DNA of 62,766 nucleotides, counting the filler, from Nemertoderma westbladi (Eukaryota; Animalia; Xenacoelomorpha), in the NCBI GenBank assembly GCA_032718475.1. It is 3 parts of 3 records of this genome, joined end to end, with 100 filler letters (N's around TTAATTAATTAA, not from the genome) between each part and the next. Parts side by side here need not be neighbours in the genome. Positions count along the whole stretch, not along the records: positions 1 to 31,803 come from JAUCBJ010004260.1; positions 31,904 to 57,689 come from JAUCBJ010003822.1; 1 more part is not named here. The stretch is one strand, 5' to 3'. How positions within the stretch are numbered: position 1 is the first letter of the stretch; each line of letters begins with the position of its first letter. Below are positions 23,031 through 34,937 of the stretch, one piece after another. Made by a program: the position numbers and the translations under genes. Below the pieces are notes generated by a model. The model was not told where the DNA came from. It saw nothing but the letters and a program-made list of their open reading frames with translations, and did no database searches.

Positions 23031-24305
23031 CAGTAACGCTTTCAAATAACGTCCTATTGGATCCTAATAGGATCCTAATAGGAACCTAATAGGAAATAAA
23101 TAACCTTTAGGAAATCACTTGGAATTTGCCTAATGTAAGTCTACCTAGAGCGGCTAAATATCAAAGCTTAGAAGTGTCTGTCAATCAACCTCGAGGGATA
23201 GCTGAATGTAGTAAAGAGAGCCGCTTTGTCTAGTGGTGGAGTTGTATTTCCCTTCCCCTGACTTATCTTACAACAACGATACTCCCCATAGGCTAATGTT
23301 AAATATGCAAAGTACACACTACTGGCTGTAACTCAACATCTGGACAAATTAACTACCATACGGTAAAAGTAACGCCGATTGTGTAAAATAGGCCCGCCAA
23401 CACGTTGAGTGAGCCTCAACAAGTAGTTGGGCTGCTAAAGCGTAATCTGATTGTAATCGGACGTCAAACTTTTAATAATTTTATTTAAATTATTGTGCGA
23501 ACTTTTTAGATCTGGCGATTTTACCATTTCCATGGTATAATAAATATAATTTATAATTAATATTAATATCAATATGCTTGGAGAGTTGAATGTGCTTTGT
23601 GGGTGTAGCAAATATAGCATTTAATATTACATACATTTATTTAGTCGCCCAGTTTTAGCCCCTGTCTAATTATTAATTAAACTAATAAATTAAAATAAAC
23701 TAATATTTATTCTATTAATAATTACACAAACATTACACAAACACAAACTCTTTATTACTCTAAATATGTTCAATAGTAATAAATACAGTGTGTGATCCTA
23801 CATTTATTTGTAAGTTCAATACGATTTTAAATTATTACAGAGCCTACCAGCCCACGGACGTTAACTATGTGCGGATGTGTGTGGATTTCATCTATTAGAG
23901 TTTATATTTTAAATATTATTTAGGTCAGAGGCTGGTAATACAAGGTACAGTAGGAGGAGTGTAATCTTCCATCGATAACCATACCTCAATGAACTGAACA
24001 CTACGCAAACTTTATAGTTTCATTCTAGTCCATTCTATACATCTTAATGATTGACAGGATAGAGAAGAAGTAGACCAGAACAAGCATAGTCGGAGTCAGT
24101 CCACCTTCCAGACATCAAAGTAAGCGCCGATTTCCAAGTAAATTCCTAATGAAATCCAAGTCAAATCCTAAGTGCCTCCAAGTCTGGAATTTGGGCTAAA
24201 TTTCATTTCCAATTAAATCCTAACTCCAATAGTAGTGAATCAGTGACTTGGATCCTAATAGGATCCTATTAGGTTCCAATACGACGTTATTTGAAAGCGG
24301 TACTG
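23031..24305. mobile_element. Tc1/mariner-type non-autonomous element, 1275 bp
   Basis: About 50-bp imperfect TIR CAGTAACGCTTTCAAATAACGTC / GACGTTATTTGAAAGCGGTACTG, with TA on both flanks. Confidence 0.85.
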
Positions 24306-24674
24306 TAACATGAATTTAACATCTGGTGAAATTCCGTATTTGAGGTTTTACTCAATATTTCTAGCAAGTAATATGCATATCATCTGCCTTAAACTCTAAT
24401 GATAGTAATCCCTACGGGTTTCCCTTGTATGTTTTTTAAATGTCATTAAACATTTAGGCGTATGGGGTTAGATTTTCCTATGTTGTTGAATCTCATTCTA
24501 GCGCGCTGTATTGCTGTCCGACCTCGTTCAGTATTACGCATTGCTGATCGCTCTTCCTCATTGGTACATCTTATTTTATTAAATAACTACTGTAAACGTA
24601 TATTTCATATCTATTAAATTGATATTATAATATAGAAAAATTATTTTGCTTTATAAATTGAATGTACAGTAGTA

Positions 24675-25235
24675 GTGCATGTTGCTACATTCCAACCAAT
24701 GACTCAGAGCCAGAACAAGCAGTCAAGTTTTATGAAGATCTGACTGGACTTATAAAGGACATTCCGAAACACAATGTTAAAGTCATTGCAGGCGACCTGA
24801 ATGCGCAAATTGGCCCAGAAGACATCAAGGGTTACACCTAGAACACCAGTTCTAACAGAAATGGGTACATACTTTTAGACCTAATGGAAGAATGTGAATT
24901 GATACCAACAAACAACACATTCGAAAAGAGTAAGGGGAAGCTATGGACCTTTCAATACCCTAATGGAACCAAAGCACAACTGGATTACATCCTTATAAAC
25001 AAAAAGTAGATCATGCTGTTATCAACTGCGAAGCATATAGCTCGTTCAAGCTAATTGGTTCGGACCACAGAATTGTGACTGCAGAGATCAGACTCAGTTT
25101 GAGAGCCAGCAAACCCAGGACAAGCAAGCAAATCAACTATGACTGGGAGAAACTCAGAACTGACAATGCTGTAAAGGATGCTTGCACAGTAGAAGTTAAA
25201 AACCGCTTTGAAGCACTTCAATCAATGGATTCACA
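24675..25235 (+). mobile_element. RTE LINE fragment, AP endonuclease region
   Basis: CYIPTN…FYEDL…IPKHNVKVIAGDLNAQIG…QLDYIL…GSDHRIV…NRFEALQ, with internal stops. Confidence 0.85.
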
Positions 25236-25744
25236 TAACCAGCACTTTTCCACTGGGTGGTAGCGCCTCCAGACCATCTTCATTATCGCATTGACTCGAT
25301 ATAAATCACCCCAATCATGATTCCTTTATCTCGCTTCACTTATTATAGATTTTGTGTTGGGGTTCATTTTGGTAATAATAACTCATATACATAAAAAGTA
25401 TTCTAGAACAAAATTATTTATCAAAATTGATAGCTAACACGTGTTCATAACATTTATAAAAACGTAGAAAAGACTAGCTAGTATAAAAAATCAATGTCAT
25501 GGAAATTACTTTGAAATTTAATTCAACATAACTTTTTATGTTAACAACAAAGTGTTATTTTTTGCCAAACTTGTTAACGACTTTGACAAAAAAAGTGACT
25601 TAAGAACAAATTTACTTTATTGAATTCTGGTTGATTATTTGGTTCTCTTAAGATTGAAAGAACTACGGTACAATACCTACTACTATTACTAAGTCGAGCG
25701 ATCTCGGACAGTGGAAATGAGATCCTTCCAGGCTTCCCGATTCT

Positions 25745-26490
25745 CCATAGTTGTCCCAATTTCGTTTCTCCCAAGTTCAGTATCCCTTTAAAGTTGATCT
25801 ATATATGTTATGGCCGGTCGTCCACGACTACGCTTTCCATGAGTTGGTTGCCAGAAAAGTAGATCTTGTATGACCTCGTCTTTACTTCGCCAGCAGTGCC
25901 CACTGAATCTTAATCTGCGTTCAAGGAGGGTGGTTGATACAGGTGGTATTGTACCATAAAGCTCGGCTTTGTCATGTGTTGTCTCCAGCTGATGTTTAGG
26001 GCTGCCCTTAGTAGTCTTGTGTAGCAACCATCAATTCGTTGATCAAGTGATTTAGTCAGTGTCCAGGTCTCACCCCCGTATAAAAATACATTTTCTACTG
26101 TTGCTCTAAAAAACTTAGTCTTCAGGTGCCTGGGGAGATCTGATTTCCAGGTGGTATCCATTTTTGATAGAGCTGCCTAAGCCTTTGCTTTCCTAACTTC
26201 TATGTCCTTTTTGCTACTCTCTATCCATGATCCTAGGTACTGGAAGTCGTCAACCTTCCTTAGTTGATTATTATCAATGGTTGTCAAGTTTCCATCAACA
26301 TTAAAAGTCATGAATTCCGTCTTGGTAGCATTTATATGCAATCCAACCTCCTTAGCAGCCCTCTCCACTTTATTCAGTAGAAGCTGTGCATCTGCTAGCG
26401 TATTAGAGAGCAGGGCGATGTCATCCGCGAAGTCGTGGTCTGTGACTGTAGTTGCCGGATATCTACTACTTCTGCGTTCTTGAAGTTCTC
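25745..26490 (-). mobile_element. RTE LINE fragment, RT C-terminal half
   Basis: DHDFADDIALL, VGLHINATKTE, DFQYLGSWI, LYGGETWTL, RRLRFSGHCWR, with stops and frameshifts. Confidence 0.85.
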
Positions 26491-27289
26491 AAACTCTGAC
26501 ATAATGATAGCAATCATAAATGTAATGTGAAAAAGTTAAAACGGCATTGACAAATTTATTTATCTGTTCTTTAGAGCGATTATAACTTTTGGGGTTCAAG
26601 TCTCCCTTACTCACCCTACCTATATACAGTACTTCATGTAACAAGTAATAATGTATGGCATCGATACCTGCAGTATTATACGGTAATGTATTTCGCTTTT
26701 AGGTACAGTACATTAACCCAATTATCATGGGAATGTAATTTTAACTGAAAGTGGTTTTTCTATACACAATATAGAATGCGAGCAGCATAGGGTGCCATTA
26801 TACATATATTGTATAATTGTAGCCAAAGAACCACAAAAAAAGTTATATAAATAAAATATGTTTTGGCCTCGTAGAAAATTCCTTTCTCTACGTCTATTAG
26901 AAAAATTAGAAAAAAATATTCAGCTAAATTCGAGAAAATGGAAATTGAATAAAGACATATATGACGATGAGATTTGGCTGCATTATTTAGATATATATAT
27001 ATATTACATATATATATATATATAATATATATGTACATAAATATATGTAATAAATATATATATTGTATATAGCTGTTATTATAGTTATATTATAGTGATT
27101 AAATCTGAACAATTTTATAAATTATTTTTTCATATTGCCCCTTTAGTGGCCAAGTTCCCATTTTGTTCCCATACCATATCTCGGCTATACCTTGATGAAA
27201 TTTTCTAAAACTTATTTTCAGATCTAATTTCATTATAATACAACAACCTATCATGGAGAAAACAAATTTTATCGCTCAGTCTCAGAGAG

Positions 27290-27710
27290 GCCTCTAGAAG
27301 GTTAACAAGGTTGAGAAAGCTAAGGACGATCTTAAATTGTCCTACAACATCAGCCAGGAAAATTACATACAGGATAAAATTGAAGCAATTACAACTGCAC
27401 ACATACAGCAACAATCAAGACTTACCTGGCAAACTGCAAATGGGGTATCTAGTCGGAAAAGTTGTGCAAAGGGGCGCCTCAAAGCCGATAGTCCTGAAGA
27501 ACGTGTTGGGAAGTGGAATAATCACTTCAGCAACTTGCTTGGGCAGCCACCAAACATCGAGGTCAGACCTACAAGGAAAATATATGACAAGACACTACCT
27601 ATAGAAACAGGCGACTTCACACCTGCCGAACTTCAAAGAAGCATTAAAAGCATGTCCAATAATAAAGCGAGTGGATTAGATGAAATCCCAGCGGAGGTAA
27701 GGAAACCGGA
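27290..27710 (+). mobile_element. RTE LINE fragment, APE-RT linker
   Basis: WNNHFSNLLG…FTPAELQRSIKSMSNNKASGLDEIPAEV. Confidence 0.8.
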
Positions 27711-28459
27711 GTGAGGAAACCGAACTCTCTAACTCAATCAGTAATTCGCACGGATATGCACCTGCAATAATTGCATTCGCACAATACTGCACAACAGAAT
27801 TCACAAATGCTAGTATAATATTGTAACACATCAAACCAAACTAGAGTATCACACCAAATAATCGCGGGATTGTCAATATTATCTTTTGTCACTGATGCTC
27901 TCCCAGTTGTGCAATTTTACGCTTCACGTATCGCTAGCTTACGGATTATACCACACGCGGGGGACGTAAGTCTTACTGCTAAACACGTTTGGAGAATTAT
28001 CGCATAGGGAACATTGTAATGTTTCAAATCCTTTGACCATTCGTCGATAAAGCATTCAGTTCTCAATATCAAACAAAACAAAAACATATGTAAATAACAC
28101 AACAATAGTTCTACACGTAATTGAAGTACTTTACTTACACGGAAACTGTTGGACGCAGTAAGTATAGTAAAGTGATCAGTTTCACTACAGCCTACTGTAA
28201 CCAACCATTCGATGTTATGATGGTAATATAATTGATTGTACGGGGGGGGGGGGGGGGGGGGCACTGTCTTGGGGGCAGTGTTGGAAAAGAGTATTTCACT
28301 GTCAAGGCATTTATAGGAGGGTAACCTACAGATGCCGTTACGAGTCTGTCTGTAACTCTTATGAGTGTTATCAAGTGCCTTGGGGTACCTGCCGCACAGC
28401 AGGAACACTCACGAAAGTTTGGGGGTATATAAAAAAAAATATAAGATTTCTGTATACAG

Positions 28460-29639
28460 TTAGCATTTGCAGCAAAAATGGGTGCAGGTGCTCCTGGGCC
28501 GCCGCTGCCAAGGGGCCGTCAGGTGTTTTTGTTGTATAATGTAATATTAATTAATTAATTAATTGTATAATATATAATGTATAAAATACATTATTTTCTA
28601 CATTATTTCAAGGCTTGCGTTTATGGACGTATTAATCAGTAGTACATTAGTACACCATGTCCCAGAATATAGTGTCGTAATTCAGTGACACGCCCCCCCC
28701 CCCCCCCCCCATAATTTTTCTACAAATCGTAATGAGATTGAATGAAATTTGAAACAGAGATAGTTTCACCTCCCAACCACTGACTTGGTGAGCCAGAATT
28801 TTTATTTTTGCTTTCAATCTTTAGCTACAAGCGTTTAAAAAAAGTGTCTCCAGCGATATTACACCAGTTACACCGCAGTTATTCTTCTACCTTATGTTGG
28901 TACCAATGGAAAATGGCCCTGCAAGGATTTCAAATATGAAACACAATTTGAATTTCGTTGAAAAATAGCTGAGATATGGGCGTTCAAATGTTGCATGGTT
29001 ATGCACCTGCGCGAGGCTATTTTATTCTATTTAATAAATGCATCATAATCTGATTACGATGCAATGATGCAATCTCATTACGAGTTGTAGAAAAATTAGG
29101 GGGGGGGGGGGGGGGGGTGGGGCGTGTCACTGAATTACGACACTATATTCTGGGACATGGTGTATTTAGTATTGTAACTGCAACTGTGTTGTTAATAATA
29201 TCTCTCATAATTCTATACAGTATTTGCGGCTAATACATTTTACTACTTTAGTATTTTAATTAATTCGTTAAACTAGTTTTAATTTATTAATTATTATTAT
29301 ATTATTTATTTCGACATAAAATATCCGTATATAAAAAAGTTATAAAAAGTGTAAATAGAAAAGTTTCCAAAAGTTATCATTAATTTATTTTGCTCATTTA
29401 CAAATTTATAATATCTTAATTTTAGTTACTTATTGCAGGTTATGTTTCATTTTGTTTTATAGTTTCGGTTTTTAATTTTTCACTTTGTCGCACAAACTTA
29501 AATTTGTAAAAAAAAAAAGCTCTGTTAGGCCGCAATGCATAAGCAATGTATAACACAGATACAACAGGGGTGGAGGGGGGGGGGGGGGGGGGGCAGTGGA
29601 AAAGTGCACCCGGGCCGCCATGTCCTTAATCCGCCCCTG
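28460..29639. mobile_element. Possible decayed hAT-like MITE hosting the Tc1 MITE
   Basis: Right end CCTTAATCCGCCCCTG and GGGCCGCC subterminal motifs on both sides. The left TIR and TSD were not found. Confidence 0.35.
28653..29162. mobile_element. Tc1/mariner-type MITE, 510 bp
   Basis: TIR CACCATGTCCCAGAATATAGTGTCGTAATTCAGTGACACGCCCC, extending through poly-C/poly-G to about 85 bp. TA flanks. Confidence 0.9.
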
Positions 29640-30018
29640 CCAATCTCACGAAGATTTATAGAAAATGTTGTGGAGTGCTGGGAGTGTGTCACTGATTTAC
29701 AGTACTATGCTGAAGACGTCACAGAAGAGAGGAAATATCACATAATTATCTGTCAATATATAATTAGTTTAATTATTATTTTAGTAAAGTAATTTGTTAT
29801 TGATTTTATTTTCACTGCTACATATGTGGGAATCCACCATTAACAAATACAATATAATAATTCTTAGTCTTATGATACATTTTGTATGCATCTCTAGGAA
29901 GTAATATTTTAGATTATTACATATTCATCACCAAAACATCACATTTAACTTAAAATAAAACACACTGAGAAACATTTACTAATGAGATGTTTGTCTAGAG
30001 ACTTGAATGATGAGACTT

Positions 30019-31776
30019 TTAATTGCTTGATATCTTAGCTGCCAAATATAACAAGCTGTTCTTCTTTTCTATTAGACTTTCTGGTGTGTCAAATTCCACT
30101 ATATGTCCTTCACTCATCACTATTATTCTATCGCAGTTTATAATGGTATCTATCCGATGTGCTATTGTCATAACTGTTGCGTTAGGGAAATTCCTAGAGA
30201 TGGCAGACTGTATAAGTTCATCGGTAAACTGATCAATAGAAGATGTTGCCTCGTCAATTAGAACAACCCTATATTTTCTTAGCATAGCTCTCGCTAAACA
30301 CAGAAGTTGTCTCTCTCCAACACTTAGGTTACTACCACGGCTTTCAACATAAAAAGTTAAGATATCTATTTCCCCTTCTTTGGGAATAATTGAACCATAT
30401 TTATATTTGGACTCAAGTCTCATTTCCAAAAAAGATTTCAATTGAACCCTTTCTAGAGCCTCAATGATCTCAATACTTTCAAACTCATTAAAAGGATCTA
30501 AGTTATATTGCAGAGTGCCTTCAAACAAAACAGGATCTTGTGGAATAACTGCAATTGACTTCCGTAAATCATGCAAACCAATTTCAGTTATATCAACATT
30601 ATCTATAGTGATTAGTCCTTGAGGTTCAACAAGACGAAGTAACACTGTAAATAATGATGATTTTCCGGCTCCGGTGCGCCCAATAATTCCGATCTTCTCA
30701 GAAGATCTTGTTTTAAAGTTTATTCCATGCAACACCTCATCATCTCCATAATTAAGCTTCACATTTTTGAAGGTGATAATTCCAGAATTTGGCCATTTAG
30801 TTGGAATTTGCATGCCAGAAATGTGGAATTGAGCCTCTTGGTCTAATTTATAGTAATCAAGTACTCGTTCAACAGATGTTAAATTAATTTCCAGTAGCGC
30901 TGACAATAATATGAAATATGTGATAAAATTGGTGGTTCCAAACACATATATTACTGCTACAAACAATATCTCCTTAGATACAAAACTATCCATATACAAA
31001 GAAATTAGTAAAACAAATATGCTAAAAATGGCATAAGGAATTGATATACTGATGCTAAGCAACGTAGTAAGATTATGAACCATAAACATTGATTCGGTAT
31101 GATGATCTAAGTGGGAAAAAAAGCGTTTCACGTAAATCGGTTGGACTTCAAATGCTTTTATAATATCACGGCCCTCCATAGTATCAGAAGCATGTTGAAA
31201 TATTGGATTTCTCACTGATGCTTCAATAAACTTAACCTGTTTAAGACTTTTCATAATATACAAACGTATCAAGAAAACCATGATCATTGTAGGGATAGCC
31301 AGCAATAAGGTCCATGGATTAGCTATTCCCGAAAGTAAAACTGCAAGAATGCAACGACTGAATGTATTGACGATTTCAACAATTAAATCTGGTAATATGT
31401 TGTCCATTATTCCAATATCTTTAGAGAATCGGTTGAGTATTCCACCTGCGGGATTCTGTTCAAAGAATTTCATTGGGGCATGAGAAACTCTTTTGAATAT
31501 TTCTCCATGTAATTTATCAGATGCACCTAGTATAGCATGATATATTGCAAACATACCTAATGTACTGCACAGTAAGTATGAGAAAACCAGATATGCATAC
31601 CCAAGTACAATATCTCTCCACTGGCTCTCTATTATTAGTTGGTTTATAATATTATTATTGAATTCAACATAATTTTGTTTTTGTGAATTATTAAATGATT
31701 CTTGAGTAGCCCAACTTACCAACCAATAATCTGACAATGACAGATATATGTATGTTAAAATCCCTGTTGATATTAA
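30019..31776 (-). pseudogene. ABCC4: Second ABCC4-like copy (TMD2-NBD2 half visible), interrupted at a TTAA
   Basis: Near-identical to 15382-17139 (offset 14637 bp) with an open frame. Homology stops exactly at TTAA 31773-31776. The 5' half is not in the assembled sequence. Confidence 0.8.
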
Positions 31777-31803
31777 CCCTATTACTACCGGGCTATAAAA
31801 TGT
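31777..31803. mobile_element. Probable piggyBac-type element terminus running into the gap
   Basis: TTAA|CCCTATTACTACCGGG at the exact break in ABCC homology. Only 27 bp are visible. Confidence 0.55.
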
Positions 31804-31903
31804 NNNNNNNNNNNNNNNNNNNNNNNNNNNNNNNNNNNNNNNNNNNNTTAATTAATTAANNNNNNNNNNNNNNNNNNNNNNNNNNNNNNNNNNNNNNNNN
31901 NNN
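31804..31903. other. Assembly gap with TTAATTAATTAA six-frame-stop linker
   Basis: N-run, 12-mer, N-run, totalling 100 bp. Identical to the second gap. Confidence 0.97.
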
Positions 31904-33573
31904 CAATGCAATCAATCCCACACACACCATATCACCGCCCATACACCAGGATGCCAGTACGAATGAGTTATTGTGTATAAAACCGAGCATCCACATGCAG
32001 AGACAACAACTTACTGCACATTCGATTGACAATGCTCCCCAAGATTGGCCAGCCTTACCAGATATCTCGTGGAAGCCTTCTGCCGTCCACACTAATGAAC
32101 AGTCACAGAGAGTGTCTGCAGCAGAGCCGTGGTAGATGCCTATTGGTAGTGTGGTTAGTCCACCCCCCCGCCCCCCCCCCCCCCCCCCCCCCCCCCCCAA
32201 CAAAAAAATTATTCAGGATGCATGTGGTGCACATACATTACTTTTATTTTTGAGATATAATTTACATTATTCCGTCATGTTTTGAATTTGAATGAAACCT
32301 TTTTATTCCCTTATCTGACGAAACACGTGCGCTTGCAAGAAGTGATGTTTAAAAATTCAAATACGAACATTGTTGCATGATTTGGTATCGCGTACATAAA
32401 AATTACCTGCTAGGTTCGAAAAATGATGTACGATTCCATTGTACTAATAATAATTGTTCGGAAATGATGATATTTATCACGGTGTGTTGTCGCTAATGAA
32501 CATCATAGGGCGTGTACCTGCATCAAAGCAAAATGTAAAAACTCTGTTTTGCAATTCTACTGCTGTATAGAAAATATAGTTTGAAGTTTGAAGAGTTCAG
32601 TATAGTAATTCAGTATATTCCAACTTCACTAACATAATTACAAACCCATTTACTTTATAATCTACGGGATATAATATACCTCTATGAACCAAAAACTTAG
32701 CAATCATCCTTCAAGCTAACATCACGGATGAAAGATTCTGGTTGAGAGTAAATCCCGAACGCAAAAGATAACCGATTGACATTGTAATGAGGTAATTACC
32801 CCAACATGGGTTCCTAGATGGAAGCAGATTGACCTTGTTGTAAAATTCATTTGTCCAGCCTGGAACGCCCTGGGAAGCAGCTATTATCTACCTACATATA
32901 AACGTAACGACCTTGAGAAACCGCAGAATGTGGAATATGGCCGGAAGTGCAGTAGTAACTGGTAGCGGATTGATGGGAGGGGAGGGGCTCATCCGACGAC
33001 TACCATAATAGAACTTATAGATTATAAGTAGTTAATCGAGTTATATTACTGCTGGTTGAGCAGACCGGAAAGAGTGGAGTCGGCCAGGAATGGTGGAGAC
33101 TCTAGAGGATAACTCAATAATCTCTGGTCGATCCATTCATCATACGCCCGTGAATCGTCGCAGTCCATTACGGTACATTACTACACTCTATAGTTTAGGT
33201 GACGGCTACCAACAGAGAGTCGGCGGGCTGCCTCTACTGAGAGATAAACCACTCAAATATACTTAGATATCACACTGGTAACGGTAACTGGGTTCTGGAT
33301 CCACAGCGCTCATTTTAATATGATTTTAATACGCCAGGCCGTTATACTGAGTATATTGTGAAGCCGTGATACGGATGAGAATAATAATAAATGAGCCGTG
33401 TGGAAAACCTTGTGGGAATGCCTGATTTGTGGATCGATGGGACCCATTTGTAGGATAGGATCAATGCAATACTCCTTGGAATTGGGATGGAAACGTATGG
33501 TACTTACGTAAAGCATGGAACCCATTTGGGAAGAAGGAACCATGCAATACTAGTTGCATGTACTATACTTGGT

Positions 33574-33815
33574 GCCACCTTGGTGTAGTGGTTGCAATGA
33601 ATTCACATCTCTCGTAAGTCGTGGGTTCGATCCTCACATGGGCCAGGGCAGTTATAGTTTAGGCACGAATGCTTTAAAGGGACCAGCCATGGCGCATCTC
33701 TGCATTGCCATCCTTAAGTTGTAACTAAATGAATATTTAGTAGATTTTCCTTTGGGGAGTATAGTTTTGCGGGAACCGCACTGGAAATAAGTCGACAGAC
33801 TGTGCTTAATCCCTG
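33574..33815 (+). mobile_element. tRNA-derived SINE
   Basis: A-box TGGTGTAGTGG and B-box GGTTCGATCC. A related head lies at 57140-57218 on the minus strand. The 3' stem-loop resembles the CR1/L2-group 3' UTRs in this window. Confidence 0.7.
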
Positions 33816-33895
33816 CCCTAACGGCCTAAGAAAATTTACTTTACGTATGAAAGGTTTTTCATTCTAACATTCTAACTTTATAGTTAGAAGAAATG

Positions 33896-34910
33896 ACCCA
33901 TGCAACCCAGTTGAAAAGATCCAGGTAACCCAGTTGGAAGGATCCAGGTAACTCAGTTGGAAAAGGATCCAGGTAACCCAACTGGAAGGATCCAGGTAAC
34001 CCAGTTGGAAAGATCCAGGTAACCCAGTTGGAAGGATCTAGGAAACACAGTTGGTAGGAAGGATTGATGCAACTCAGTTGGAAGGATCCAGGTCACTCAG
34101 TTGGAAGGATCCAGGTAACCCAGTTGGAAGGGTTCCGGTAACCCAGTTGGAAGGATCCAGGTAACCCGGATGTAGGACAATTCGGTCCCGGACAATTCGG
34201 TCCCAAAACACTAAATAAATGGGACCGAATTGTCCGTAGTCAGTATCCGGACAATTCGGTCCCGGACAATTCGGTCCCAAAACACAAAATTAATGGGACC
34301 GAATTGTCCGGGACCGAATTGTCCTGCTTCCAGGTAACCCAGTTGGAAGAAACCAGGTAACCCAGTTGGAAGCAAGAATCCATGCAAATCAGTTGGAAGG
34401 ATCCAGGTAACCCAGTTGGAAGGATGCAGGTATCCCAGTTGGAAGGATCCAGGTAACTCAGTTGGAAGGATGCAGGTATCCCAATTGGAAGGATCCAGGT
34501 AACTCAGTTGGAAGGATGGAAGGATCCAGGTGTCCTAGGTGGAAGGATCCCTGCAACCCAGTTGGAAGGATCCAGGTAACTTAGTTGGAAGGATCCACGT
34601 AACCCAGTTGGTAGGAAGGATTGATGCAACTCAGTTGGCAGGATCCAGGTAACCCAGTTGGAAGGATCCAGGTTACCCAGTTGGAAGGATCCAGGTAAAT
34701 CAGTTGGTAGGATCCAGGTAACTCAATTGGAAGGATCCAGGTGTCCTAGGTGGAAGGATGCCTGCAACCCAGTTGGAAGGATCCCGGTAACTCAGTTGGA
34801 AGGATCCACGTAACCCAGTTGGTAGGAAGGATTGATGCAACTCTGTTGGCAGGATCCAGGTAACCCAGTTGGAAGGATCCAGGTAACCCAGTTGGAAGCA
34901 AGAATCCATC
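33896..34910. repeat. 23-bp minisatellite (GGAAGGATCCAGGTAACCCAGTT)n
   Basis: About 35 degenerate units with higher-order blocks, interrupted by a MITE. Confidence 0.92.
34168..34331. mobile_element. 164-bp MULE-like MITE
   Basis: Ends GGATGTAGGACAATTCGGTCCC / GGGACCGAATTGTCCTGCTTCC. 9-bp TSD AGGTAACCC. Built almost entirely of 15-bp GGACAATTCGGTCCC repeats in both orientations. Confidence 0.75.
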
Positions 34911-34937
34911 CGATCCGGTTGGGTAAAGGATATTTAT

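Noticed and set aside
31848-31859. TTAATTAATTAA inside N-runs (also at 57734-57745)
   Set aside because: Artificial scaffolding linker with stops in all six frames. Adjacency across the gaps is therefore not guaranteed.
33574-33650. Functional tRNA gene
   Set aside because: A/B boxes are present but the cloverleaf is poor, and a second diverged copy shares flanking sequence, consistent with a SINE head.
33896-34910. 23-bp array as CRISPR or coding repeat
   Set aside because: The units are contiguous with no spacers, and the unit length is not a multiple of three.
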